From Malacoraja senta (Eukaryota), in the NCBI GenBank assembly GCA_038087875.1, contig CM075991.1, positions 186,001 through 250,000 on the forward strand: a stretch of 64,000 nt of DNA, written 5' to 3'. Positions 24,101-37,305 of the stretch are shown here, piece by piece. Each line of letters starts with the position of its first letter. Position 1 is the first letter of the stretch. The notes below the pieces were generated by a model, which worked only from the letters and a program-made list of their open reading frames with translations, was not told the DNA's origin and made no database searches. The position numbers and the translations under genes are program-made.

Positions 24101-27100
24101 AAAAGAAGAAAATTAAAATATTAATATAATATCAAGGGGTGTGATGAGTGTGTGTGTTTGTGGGTGCCAGATTCACACCCCGCAACCCTGCTTTGGAGGT
24201 ACAGACCCAACGGTTGGTTAGTTTGACGTCACAGCCCCCCGCCCCAAACGCACGTTCGGTGTCCAGACCCAACGGGTCTGGACTTGGTCTGCCTGACTTG
24301 TGTCTGCCATCCGCCTGACGTGTCACAAATCCCCTTTGATACCGCTCTAGGCCCACACAGCACGCGGAAACGCCAATATTTTTTAACGTTTCTAAAGAGA
24401 TTACGTTTATCTTTACGAATAGACAATCCTGATTAAATTTGGTTGTGTTTATGTACACTTTTTTAAATAAAATACCTCTCCCCCCCCCAAACCAAACATT
24501 TCAAAATGTTAAAAAAACAGCTCAGCCATAGAATGTTAGTAAAGATTCCGTTGTGTGATGTCACAATGCACAATGCTCACAGATGTCCAATCGGAATGAA
24601 TCCGTTTACATATGCCTTTGCAGCAGCCACAGCCCCAGCCCCTCCCCCCCCCCAACCCCGCAGCCTGTGTCGAAGGGCGTCGTCACGTTTGTGGCAATAG
24701 AGAAAGAGGATTGGGTGTGATAGGGAATGGGAAACAGATGGACTGTCCCTACCCCTCCTACTTCAACTCTCCCTCCCCACTCTTCCCCCTCTATCCTCTC
24801 CCCCTCCCTCCCCTCCCACCCCCTCTCTTCCCCCTCCACCACCCCTCTTCATCCCCATCTCCTCCCCACCCCCTTCACCTCTCTCTTGCACCACTGCCCG
24901 CTACCCCTCTGCCCCTCACTCCCCACTGTTCCCCTCTCCCTCCCCCACCTCTCTCCCTCCCCCTCCCTCTCTCCATCTCTTCCCCCTACTCCTCTCCCCT
25001 TCCCCTCATCCCCTCACCCCTCTCCCCCCTTCCTGCCCTCCCCGCTCTCCTCCCACTCCAAACTCTCCTCCCCCTCCCTCTCACCCACCCTGATCTCCTC
25101 TCCCTCCCCAATCTCTCCCCTTTCCTCTTCCCCCTCTCCCCTCCCACCCCTCTCCTCTTCACTCCCCACCCCGTCTCCCTCTCCCCTCTTCTCTCCCCAC
25201 CCTGTCTTCCTCTCCCCCCCCTCCCCCCTCCCCCCGAGTGTGTTCGGGGGTGGTTAGTGTGAGTTTGGGGGTGGTTAGTGTGAGTGGGATGCCGCAGCCC
25301 CCCCCCCCCCTCCCGCAAACGCGCGTTGGGAAAACAGCCCGCCAACAGTCTCTCTGTCTTTAAGACGGAACTGCAGATGCTGGAAAATCGAATGTACACA
25401 AAAAAAACTGTATATCATCAGCGGGTTCAGCAGCATCTATGGATCAAAGAAAATATATTACGTTTCGGTAGAAAACCATTCTGAGGATGGGCTTCGACCC
25501 AAAGCGTTGCCTATTTCCTTCGCTCCATAGATGCTGCTGCACCCGCTGTGTTTCTCCAGCTTTTTTTTGTGTACCAGTCTGTCTCTCTCTCTCTCTGCCC
25601 TTCTCTCTTCACAGCCCGCGGCTCAACTCATGCACGCCCGTTCCAACCCCCCCCCCCTTCACCTCTCTCCACATCCTCTCTTTCCTCTCTCCACCCCTCT
25701 CCTCTCTCCCCCTTCCTCTCCACCTTCCTTCCCCCTCTCCTCTTCTCTCCCCACCCCGTCTTCCTCTCCCCTGTTCTCTCCCCACCCCGTCTTCCTCTCC
25801 ACCCCTCACCCCATCCCCCCGAGTGTGTTTGGGGGTGGTTAGCGTGAGTTTGGGGGGTGGTTAGTGTGAGTGTGATGCCGCAGCCCACCCCCCCTCCCGC
25901 AAACGCGCGTTGGGAAAACAGCCCGCCAACAGTCTCTCTGTCTTTAAGACGGAACTACAGATGCTGGAAAATCGAAGGTACACAAAAAAAACCTGTATAT
26001 CATCAGCGGGTGCAGCAGCATCTATGGATCGAAGTAAATAGGCAACGTTTTGGTAGAAAACCAGTCTGAGAATGGGCTTCGGCCCAAAGCGTTGCCTATT
26101 TCCTTCGCTCAATAGATGCTGCTGCACCCGCTGTGTTTCTCAAGCTTTATTTTGTGTACCAGTCTCTCTGTCTCTCCCATCTCTCTCTCTCTCTCTCTCT
26201 GCCCTTCTCTCTTCACAGCCCGCGACTCGACTCATGCACGCCCGCTCCAACCCCCCCCTTCACCTCTCTCCCCATCCTCTCTTTCCTCTCTCCACCCCTC
26301 TCCTCTCTCCCCCTTCCTCTCGACCATACTCCTCCCCCTCTTCAAATTTTTTTTTTTCTAACATTAAATTTTCCCTCTGCCCCAACACCTCTAGACGCAT
26401 CTGAGAGGTGAGGGCTATTCGTCAGTGGATAGGGTGGAGATGGGATAAAAGAAGCAAATTAAAAAAATAAAATAATATCAAGGGCTGTGTGTTTGTGGGT
26501 GCCGGATTACGTGCTTTGGAGGAAAGGGGGTGATTAGTGTGACGCCACAGCCTTCCCCCCCCCACCCCCCCCCACAAACGCACGTTCGGTGTCCAGACCC
26601 AACGGGTCTGCACTTGGTCTAGTATACTTTTAAAACTCTCTGGCTGTCGTCCGTCTGTACGTCTGTACGTCCGTACGCCTGCCTTTGATACCGCCCCTGG
26701 CCCACACGGCGCGTGGAAAGGCCCATATTTTTTACCATTTCCAAACAGATTACATTTATCTTTACGAATAGCCACTCCTGATTAAATTCGGTCCTGTTTA
26801 TGTATATGTTTTAAAAATAAAATCCACCCCCCCCCCCCCACCCCTATGTGATTTTCTCCGATTGTCTCCGATTTTCTCCGAAAACGACGCCATCTTTTTT
26901 TCTCCGATTTCTCTGAAAACGACGCCATCTTTTTTTCGCCGATTTTGTCTGATTTTTTCCGACCACGACGCCATCTTTTTTTCCGCAGATTTTCACCCCG
27001 GGGTCTGAAGCACGTTCGGAACAACACCCCGGGGTGTCAAGCACTTTCGGGACCAGACCCAACGGGTCTGCACTTGGTCTAGTATACTTATAAAACTCTG

Positions 27101-27107
27101 ATCTTGG

Positions 27108-27108
<1 letters not shown>

Positions 27109-27141
<33 letters not shown>

Positions 27142-27296
27142 CATGTGTGTGTGTGTGTGTGTGTGGGCATGTGTGTGTGTGTGTGTGTGTGTGTGGGCGT
27201 GTGTGTGTGTGTGTGCGTGCGTGTGTGTGTGGGCGTGTGTGTGTGTGTATGCGTGTGTGTGTGTGTGTGGGCGTGTGTGTGTGTGTGTATGTGTGT

Positions 27297-27339
<43 letters not shown>

Positions 27340-27394
27340 CGTGTGTGTGTGTGTGTGTGTATGCGTGTGTGAGTGTGTGTGTGTGTGTGTGTGT
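27109..27394. repeat. Interrupted (GT)n microsatellite inside a Helitron 5' region
   Basis: Direct inspection. Confidence 0.97.
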
Positions 27395-27889
27395 ATACTA
27401 TCATACTGCTCGGAAAAACGACACCCTGACGATAAAATTGTTACAAATTCCTATAGAGATTTATCCGGTGAAGTCAAAAATCGGATTACCTCAGCATTTC
27501 GAGATTTATTTCTTGAGTTATTAATCAAAATGTACAACATTTTCAAATATTTTAGAAAATGAACGGCTTTGGCTGATGACGTGATGACATTTCAATGGCT
27601 GCACGTTGTACTCACGCGCTGCGAGTCACGTCGCCCGGCCGTGCCGCACGCAAAACCTTTGAAAAATACCCCGCAGTCTTCTTGCTCGCTCTGCGAGTGA
27701 CGTCATCAGCCGACCACCCGTTCTCGGGCTCTGACTGCAGCCTGAAGCCTGAAGCCCTTCCCTCTGACGACACCCACCGCCCCGCCCCCCAACCCCTCAA
27801 ACTCTACCCCCGTCCCTCTCCCCCCCCCCACTGCTCCCTCTCTGCCCCCTCACGCTCTCTCTCGCCCCCTATCTCCCATCCCTCCGCCC

Positions 27890-28520
27890 TCTCTGTGCGT
27901 CTGTGTCCCTCTCTGTGCCTCTGTGTCCCTCTCTATGCCTGCGTGTCCCCCTCTAAGACTCTGCGTTCCTCTCTGTGACCCACTCTGTGCCTCTGTCCCT
28001 CTCTTGCCTCTGTGTCCCTGTCTCCCTCTCTGTGCCGTGGTGTCCCTCTCTATACCTCTGTGTCCCTTTCTGTGTATCTGTCCCTCTCTGTGCCTCTGTG
28101 TCCCTCTATGTGCCTCTGTGTACCTCTGTGTCGCCCTGTGTCCCTCTCTGTGCCTTTGTGTCCATCTGTGTGCCTCTGTGTCCCTATGAGTGCCTCTGTG
28201 TCCATTTGTGTGCATATGTGTCCCCCTATGTGCCTCTGTGCCCCTGTGTCCCGCTGTCGCTCTCTGTGCCTTTGCGACCCTCTGTGTCCCTGTGTCCCCG
28301 TCACCCCCGTGTCCCTCTGCGTCCTTCTCTGTCTCCATGTGTGCCTCTGTGTCCCTATGTGTGCCTCTGTGTGTCTATGGTTCCCCCTGTGTGCCCACTG
28401 TGTGCCTCTGTGTCCCTCCCTGTGCCTCTGTGTCCTTCTCTGTGCCTCTGTATCCCTCTCTGTGCGTCTGTGTCCCTCTCTGTGCCTCTGTGTCCTTCTC
28501 TGTGCCGCTGTGTCCCTCTC
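27890..28520. repeat. Degenerate ~10-bp (CTCTGTGTCC/CTCTGTGC) minisatellite
   Basis: Direct inspection. Confidence 0.9.
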
Positions 28521-28837
28521 TCCATATCCCCTCCCTATCTAGCCACGCCTGCGAGTTGGGGGCTTTGAGTGAGTGTATAGGGCGGGGAATGGGATAAAAA
28601 GGAGTGAATGAATAATATTAATATATCAATGGGGGTGGTTAGTGCATGTGTGTGGGGGGGTTAGTGTGTGTGTATGTGAAGGGTTGGTTAGTGTGTGTGT
28701 GACGCCGCAGGCCACCTCATCCCCCCACAACCGCGCGTTTTCATACTTTAATGATCCACCCTATCTCCACACATCCTGTTGATTTACCCGAACATCCCAT
28801 ACGGACCTGGTGGGACTACAGGTCTCTGTACATCTGT

Positions 28838-29290
28838 TCCGGTGGCGCTGCGAGTCAGATGCCTCGCCTGCAGCGGGTTCATTGTTCGACTTTTTTTATT
28901 TTTATTATGTCCGAAAGTATGTTTTAGTCTTTCTCTGTATGTCTTTTGAGGGAGGGAATAGGGGGAATCCGTTTGACTGGCACCTACTTCGACGGAGATG
29001 CGACTTTCTTCCTTGTCGTTTCTTGCCCCCCCCCCCCCCCCCCGCCGCCTGACAGCTGGTTTGGTGCAGCCTATCCCGGAGTCGGGCCCAGAGCTTCAGC
29101 GACGGCGCAGCGGGGACCTTAACGTCGCGGAGTGAGGCATCCGCTTGCCGGGGGTTGCGGAAGAAGGGCTCCGACTGCTGGAATGCGGCCTACAACATCT
29201 TGGAGCCTCGATCTGTGGAGCTTCTGGCGGCAGCCGTGGAGCGGACTTTCCATCGTGGAGCGGGCGATCCCTCGCTGGGGTTCGCCGGAG
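28838..29290 (+). mobile_element. 5' part of a GC-rich non-autonomous retroelement, related to 38554-38888 and 39479-40217
   Basis: Starts CCGGTGGCGC...GCCTCGCCT like 39479. Shares TGCGGCCTACAACATCTTG with 38555. Confidence 0.5.
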
Positions 29291-31250
29291 AAGCATACAA
29301 ATTTGCCAGAAAAAGCAGCCTACCAGAGGACTGGGAGAAATTCAGAGTCAAGCAGAGGAGGACAAAGGGCTTAATTAGGAAAGGGGTAATAGATTATGAA
29401 AGAAAACTGTCAGGGAACATAAGAACTGACTGCAAAAGTTTTTATAGATATGTGAAGAGAAAAAATATTAGTTAAAACAAATGTAGGTCCCTTGCAAGTC
29501 AGAAACAGGTGAATTGATCATGGGGAACAAGGACATGGCAGACCAATTGAATAACTACTTTGGTTCTGTCTTCACTAAGGAAGACATAAATAATCTGCCG
29601 GAAATAGCAGGGGATCGGGGGTCAAAGGAACTGAGTGAAATCCAGGTTAGTCGGGAAGTGGTGTTAGGTAAATTGAATGGATTAAATGCCGATAAATCCC
29701 CAGGGCCAGATAGGCTGCATCCCAGGGTGCTTAAGGAAGTAGCCCCAGAAATAGTGGATGCATTAGTGATAATTTTTCAAAATTCTTTACATTCTGGAGT
29801 AGTTGCTGAGGATTGGAGGGTACCTAATGTAACCCCACTTTTTAAAAAGGGAGGGAGAGAGAAAACGGGGAATTACAGACCAGTTAGTCTAACATCGGTA
29901 GTGAGGAAAATGCTAGTCAGTTATTAAAGATAGGATAGCAGCACATTTGGAAAGTGGCGAAATCATTGGACAAAGTCAGCATGGATTTATGAAAGGTAAA
30001 TCATGTATGACGAATCTTATAGAATTTTTCGAGGATGTAACTAGTAGAGTGGATAAGGGATAACCAGTGGATGTGGTATATCTGGGCTTTCAGAAGGCTT
30101 TCGACAAGGTCCCACATAAGAGATTACTATGCAAACTTAAAACACACGGTATTGGGGGTTCAGTATTGATGTGGATAGAGAACTGGCTGGCAGACAGGAA
30201 GCAAAGAGTAGGAGTAAACGGGTCCATATCAGAATGGCAGGCAGTGACTAGTGGGGTATCACAAGGCTCAGTGCTGGGACCCCAGCTATTTACAATATAT
30301 ATTAATGATTTGGACGAGGGAATTGAATGCAACATCTCCAGGTTTGGGGATGACACGAAGCTGGGGGCAGTGTTAGCTGTGAGGAGGATGCTAGGAGGCT
30401 GCAAGGTGACTTGGGTAGGTTGGGTGAGTGCGCAAATGAATGGCAGATGCAGTATAATGTGGATAAATGTGAGGTTCTCCACTTTGGTGGCAAGAACAGG
30501 AAAGTAGACTATTATCTGAATGGTGTCCGATTAGGAAACGGGGAGATGCAACGAGACCTGGGTGTCATGGTACACCAGTCATTGAAAGTAGGCATGCAGG
30601 TGCAGCAGCAGTGAAGAAAGCGAATGGTATGTTAGCATTCATAGCAAAAGGATTTGAGTATAGGAGCAGGGAGGTTCTACTACAGTTGTACAGGGCCTTG
30701 GTGAGACCACACCTGGAGTATTGTGTACAGTTGTGGTCTCCTAATCTGAGGAAATACATTTTTGCCATAGAGGGAGTTCAGAGAAGGTTCACCAGACTGA
30801 TTCTTGGGATGGCAGTACTTTCATGTGAAGAAAGGCTGGATAGACTCGGCTTGTACTCGCTAGAATTTAGAAGATTGAGGGGGAATCTTATAGAAACTTA
30901 CAAAATTCTTAAGGGGTTGGGCATGCTAGATGCAGGAAGATTGTTCCCGATGTTGGGGAAGTCCAGAACAAAGGGTTACTGTTTAAGGATAAAGGGGAAG
31001 TCTTTTAGGACCGAGATGAGAAAATATTTTTCACACAGAGAGTGGTGAATCTGTGGAATTCTCTGCCACAGAAGGTAGTTGAGGCCAGTTCATTGGCTAT
31101 ATTTAAGAGGGAGTTAGATGTGGCCCTTGTGGCTAAAGGGATCGGGGGGTATGGAGGGAAGGCAGGCACAGGGTACTGAGTTGGATGGTCAGCCATGAGC
31201 ATGCTTGAATTGCCGAATGGCCTGCTCCTGCTTCTATTTTCTATGTTTCT
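29291..31250 (+). mobile_element. CR1 family B, 5'-truncated and frameshifted
   Basis: [26 protein letters not shown] and HLEYCVQ motifs. TTTCTATGTTTC tail. Confidence 0.93.
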
Positions 31251-31623
31251 TTTTTTTTTCTTTTTTCTTTTATTTATTAGAAGTACATTACATTACAACC
31301 AATTACACTAGTACTCATCACATATATCTTATTACAATTAATGTACTCCGTTTATTTTCTACACTAATAAAGGAAAAGGTTAAGATGAGAGAAAGAAGAA
31401 AGTGAAGGAAAAAAGTGAAGGTGTAAAAAACGTGACAAACCCTATAAGAAAGAAATTAAACACAAAAGGAAAGAGTTAAGAAATAGACCCTAAAAAAGAA
31501 GAAAAAAGAGAAAGAGGGAAAAGAGAAAAACAGATATTTTTTTTGTAAGCATCACGCAAATGGGACGTACCAACTCTCCAGCTTTCATGACCTGACCTCA
31601 GTTTTTTTTTGTACTTTTCCACC

Positions 31624-34600
31624 CTATACTTGTAATAATTCTATAAATGCAGACCACGTCAGGTGGAAGTGATCTGGTTTACCTGCCAGGAGGAGTCTTA
31701 TCTCTTCTAGGTGTAATGTTTCGAACATATTTGAAATCCACATGTTTATAGTTGGTATTGGAGCGTTTTTCCAGAATTTTAGGATTAACTTTTTTCCAGT
31801 TATTAACCCATAGTCTATTAATTTCTTTTGGAACACATTTAATTCTGGACTATCTTCCGTTGTTCCGAAGATAATCCATTCTGCTTTGGGTATCAGTTTA
31901 ATTTTAAATAATTTTGTAAAAATTTCAAAAATTTCAATCCAAAATCTTTGAATTTTTGTACAGAAAACAAATGAGTGCGCTATAGTAGCTTCTTGAGATT
32001 GACATTTATCATAAATTGATGATACATTTTGGAATATTTTATTGATTTTATTTTTAGAATAATATAATCTATGTAAAATTTTAAATTGTATTAAAGGTGT
32101 CTTACATTAATCGAACATTTATGCACGTTTAATAAATATTCATTCCACCTTTCCTTTGAAATTTTAATAGCTAATTCTTGTTCCCAGTCTCTTCTAATAC
32201 CTTCCGTAGATGGTATTTCTACATTTAAAATAATATTATACAAATATGATATTAAGTTTGCTGATTCAGCTTTTATCTGCATTGCTTCATCCAATACATC
32301 TGTTGAGGTATTATGATGATCTTTTGTATATTTTTTCAAATAGTCTCATATTTGAAGATATTTAAAATATTGATTATTTCCGAGTTTATATTTTATTTGT
32401 AATTGTTGGAATGATAGTAATTTTCCAGTTTCGTACAAGTCACCGAACGTTTTAATTCCTAGTCTATCCCTTTGTATGAAAGATTTGTCTGTAATAGAGG
32501 GATTGAATGAAGGGTTATTAATTATGGGAGATAAAAGCGATACATTTCTTAATTTTAAATTTGTTTTATTTGTTTCCAAGTTCTAATTGTGCTATGTATA
32601 ATTGGGTTTTTGTTATAATTTATGTTATTCAGTTTCATTGGTGAGAGAAGGATCGCTCCAATGTTTCCAGAGGAGCAGTCCTCTCGCTCCATTACAATCC
32701 AGTCCACTTGCTGGGCAGAGTTGACCATCAGTTGAATCATATTTTTAATATTTACTGACCAATAGTAATACATGAAATTAGGGAGTGCTAAGCCCCTAAT
32801 ACTTTAGCTTTGTTCAAGTGTGTTCTTTGTATTCTATGTGATTTATAGTCACATATAAAATTCGTAATGTCTGAATCCAGTTTTTTTTTAAACTTCTTTG
32901 GTAGGTATATAGGAATCGATTGAAATAGGTATAAAATTTGTGGTAAAAAGATCATTTTTATTGCATTTATTTGGCCTATTAAAGACATCTGGAGCGTTTC
33001 CAAAATTTAATTAGTGTATTTAATTTATTAAGTAAGGGATCAAAATTTGCTTTAAACATGCCTTGATATGTTCTAGTGATTTCAATTCCCAAGTATTTAA
33101 ATTTTTCTGTAGCTATTTTAAAAGGGAATTTTAAAAGATGTGTTGAGTCTTTCGGTTTTATTGACATAATTTCACTTTTATTCCAGTTTATTCTATATCC
33201 AGAAAAGGATCCAAAATCCTCAATTAAGTTTAATATATTTGGTATAGTAATTTGAGGTTTTGTAATGTACAGTAATATATCATCCGCGTATAAAGATATT
33301 TTATTGTTTGAATATTTAGTATTATACCCATGGATATCTGGGTGTGTTCTAATTTTTTCTGCTAACGGTTCAATTATGAGAGCAAACAACTGTGGTGATA
33401 ATGAGCATCCTTGTCTAGCAATGTTACAAAATTTTGAGATTTTAAAAATAAAGTCTGCAATTTATCCCATCACTTTCATATCTTCAGTATTAAAGAAGTT
33501 ATGGCCATTTTCATACTCGGAAATTAGCATCTTGTTCCCTATTACTTTTCCATTGACTTAACACAAAAGCTGTGATCGAGGACAGTTAAAAGCCCATAAC
33601 TTTCTTAAAAATTAAGAGAACTGAAAGAAATTTTCAGTTATTATAGATTGAAGCATTCTGAAACAAATATGAAACAATCTTACTTAGAAGACATGAAAGT
33701 AAAGCATATAATTAGTTAGTTACCTAATTGTAGCTAATTACAAAATTCAATTACTAGATCTGAACATCTATCAATTTCTTAAGAATAGATTAACATTTTT
33801 AAATAGCCTAAGTGTCCAAATAACATTCACACAATAATTCACAATATAACATAATTTTTAAATCTCATTTTCATGAATTTACAGGCCAAATGGAAGGAAT
33901 TGAATGTTTAATACCTGTAAATTAATGGGCATTTAAATCATCTTGTGAGTGAGGATTTCTGGAACGCGATCTTTTGGAACGTTGATTTGCGGTGAATTTA
34001 CCCCGTATTGGCATGAAAGATACTGCCGTTAGTTCGGGAAATAAAATCACCGTGTCGCATGAAAAAATGTGAATTAAAGGCTTCTTAAGAAGCACTTTTA
34101 TACATTTAAAGAAACCACTTTTGTTTACCTGTCCCGTGTGTGAAATCCGTCCCCGTTATCGGCGTTGACGCTTCAGGAGCTGCTTTTTAAAATTACTCCA
34201 GCACTGACATTGACGATTTAATAAAAATAAAAAATACACAAAACGCCACTAGGAACGATTCTTCAGCCAACGCGTGTACTCCAACGAAATATTAACCAGG
34301 ACAAGGAGGAGAAACCTGCGTTTTAACCCCGCCCCCCCCTTAAAGGCGCCAAAATCGCGCACACGGCCAGTGGCAGAATTACAGCGCGACTGAAGGTAAG
34401 TTTTGTAACATACCTACCTTGTCTATTTCCCCTTGATAGTTGAAATTTCGAGGATAATATGTTATTAGTTAATATTCTAGCTGTAGGTTTATTATATAAT
34501 AATTTAATCCATAGAATAAAATTCTCTCCAAGTTGAAATTGTTGTAATACTTTATCCATATAATTCCATTCTACTTGGTCAAATGCTTTTTCAGCGTCCA

Positions 34601-36417
34601 ACGAGATGATTGATAATTCTTGTTCTTCAGATTTATGTGAATGCATTATATTGAGTAGACGTCTCATATTATTAGATGAGTATCTTTTAGGGATAAACCC
34701 AGTCTGATCTGGGTTTATTAGTTTACTAATATATTTACTTAATCTTCTAGCTAATGTTTACGCTAATATTTTTTTAACTGTGTTTAACAATGCTATAGCT
34801 CTATATGAACCCGGTTCTTCTATATCTTTGTCTTTTTTAAGTATTAGTGTGATCGTTGATTCAGCTAGTGTATCAGGTAATATTTGTTTTTTAAAAGCAT
34901 ATTGGTACATTTTTTGTAATCGTGGTATAATTTTGTCGTAGAAGCTTTTATAAAATTCATTAGTAAATCCATCAGGACCTGGTGTTTTTCCATTCTTTAA
35001 TGAGTTTATTGTATCTTCTAATTCCTTAATTGAGATTTGTGCTCCCAGTTCCTCTTGTTCCTTCAACTCCAACTTTGGAAGCTTACAATTATCCAAAAAC
35101 TCTGTAATTTTATTGGAGTCAGTTGTCGTTTTAGATGTATTCAAATTCTCATAAAATTGCGCAAATCTTTTATTAATATCCTTCGGTATGGTTAATAATG
35201 CCCCTCTATCTGATTTAATCTTTGGGATCGTATGTTCTTGTTCTCGTTTTTTTAGCTGGCGAGCCAAAAGTTTATGCGGTTTATCCCCAAATTCAAAGTG
35301 CTCTTGTTTTGTAATTTGAAAAAGTCTTATAAGTTTGGCTGATAATAGTTTATTTAATTTTAATTTCAAAATTATTATTTTATTATGTTTATCTATTGAT
35401 GGATCTTTAGCATTATCTATATCCATTTGTCTAATACGTTCCTCTAACTGTCTTTGTTCATTCTTATTATTTTTATTTTGAAAAGCTTGATATGAAATTA
35501 TAATACCTCTAATGTATGCTTTAAAAGATTCCCATAATACAGTAGACGATATATCTGGAGTGTCATTTATTTTTAAAAAGGCGTCCATTTGTTCTTTTAA
35601 ATATATACTCGCTTGTGGATCTTTTAGGATGTGAGAATTAAATCTCCAAAACGGTTTATTCTTAGACATTCCTTCCAGTTTTAAAAAGAAAGTTAGTGGT
35701 GAATGGTCTGAAATCGAATTTGTATGGTATGTTGGGTTAAAAGTATGAGGGATTAATTTGTGTCCACCAGGAAATAATCTATACGTGAGTATGTTTTGTG
35801 TACCATTGAATAAAATGAGTATTCCCTGCCAGTTGGATTAACAATTCTCCAAACATCTGCTATATTAGTATTGTTTATATGTATTTAAAAATTCACTGGT
35901 TTTAGATTTCGTATTCCCTCTCTGTTTTTTGGCTTGATTTATCTAAATACGGATCTAAAACACAGTTAAAGTCTCCTCCTATTATAACATTTTGATAATT
36001 AAACTCTGCGATTATGTCCAGAATTTTATTGAAAAAATGAGGGTTGTCAAAGTTAGGCGTGTATATATTTACCAAGGTAATTGGAGTATCATGAATTTCT
36101 CCATTAACTATTAAGTATCTCCCTTCAATGTCTGTTATAGTATTCTTTGCTTTGAATGGTATACCTTTTCTTATAATGATTGAGGTACCTCTAGATTTTG
36201 AAGTAAATGAAGAATGGTATGTTTGACCTATCAATTTCGCCCTCAACCTAGCTTGATCCTGAGATTTTAGATGAGTTTCTTGTAAGAAGATAATGTCAGA
36301 ATTGTACAGTTTCAGCTGAGCTAGTATCTTAGCCCTTTTAATAGGTTCGTTCATACCTCTTATATTCCAACTACAGAATGAGACTCCTCCTAGGTTCTTT
36401 TGTTTAGCATCTTGCAT
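31624..36417 (-). pseudogene. L1 ORF2 (APE, RT, Cys-rich C-terminus), multiply frameshifted and interrupted
   Basis: SWNIRG, FLQETH, GGDFN, KTPGPDGF, SLDAEKAFD, RGNRQG|CSLSP, LYADD and FKYLG motifs. Confidence 0.93.
33416..34416. mobile_element. Non-autonomous TIR DNA transposon (1001 bp) inserted in the L1 RT
   Basis: Imperfect TIRs TAGCAATGTTACAAAA and TTTTGTAACATACCTA. CCTTGTC duplicated at 33409-33415 and 34417-34423. Excision restores RGNRQGCSLSP. Confidence 0.9.
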
Positions 36418-37305
36418 TTTGAATAATTATAGTACCTTTAAATCTTGCGGTGCATCCATATCCCAGGTCTTTGGGTATTGGGGGAACCTTTGAATTTCTA
36501 AGTTTTGTTGGCATATCCCGTTTACGCTTATCTCTAAACACAAAACACAAACATGTGAATTTATGTGATAATTTTTTTTTTAAATTAAAAAAGTGAAAAT
36601 ACAGTGTCTAAAATAGTCGACACTGTAACAAGTGGCCCATCTGTAGGTGGGAGAAAACCTTGTTTCGACTTCCATTGTTGGTGTTAAACAAATAACTCCG
36701 CTCTCTTGATTAATCATAACATATTAGAACGGGGCCTCACATTTCGATATATAATACAATTTTACCCTATATATTTCATTATAACATATCATATATACAT
36801 CGCAATTTTAGCTACTAATTAATAAACAAATGATTTTAGCTTCAGTAATAGTCAACTGTTGGTTGAAGGGGTTAACGAGACGCGCCCCTGGACCTAAGCC
36901 ATGTGCTCGTTTCTCATCCCCCTCCTCCCAATTATAGATAAGGTTTAAATTTAGTAAAAATTCATATTAGTTTTGTTAGTTCGTTATTTTTTAGTTTTAT
37001 TAGCGTCCATAGCTATTCTAATCTAACATAGATAACTTGTTAAATTATTAGGTTGTTAATAGGATAAAATCTTACAATTGGATTTAATATTGTAGTCTAT
37101 TAAACAAATAATGCTTCTGGTATATTCCATACAGTTCAGTTCAGCTGTTTACCTCGTTTTGAACAAAGAGTGTCCTTGATTCAAAATTCCATAGATAACA
37201 GTCTAGCCATCCTAAACAAAACACTGCTTGGAATGGTTTTAATCTGCCAAACCTCCATTAACCGTGGAATTCCAGTTTTTTAGAATTAATTCATACTATT
37301 AATTT

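Larger units (their letters stand above)
11792..28739 (+). mobile_element. Tandem/nested array of non-autonomous Helitrons with CT-rich internal modules
   Basis: 5' TCTATATACTTTTAAAACTCTC. Hairpin+CTAG 3' ends at 21662, 22098, 26622 and 27082, each followed by TATACTT. Decayed ends near 16420, 19325 and 24290. ~5-kb higher-order duplication. Confidence 0.85.

Noticed and set aside
15365..26411. Many Pro/Ser/Leu-rich and Gly/Arg/Glu-rich ORFs
   Set aside because: Translations of C/T-rich low-complexity Helitron interiors, open in several frames on both strands.
26844..28597. Cys/Val and His/Thr repeat ORFs resembling metallothionein or keratin-associated proteins
   Set aside because: Products of (GT)n and CTCTGTG minisatellites.
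11792..28739. Autonomous Helitron RepHel gene
   Set aside because: No HUH Rep or PIF1 helicase motifs in any ORF.
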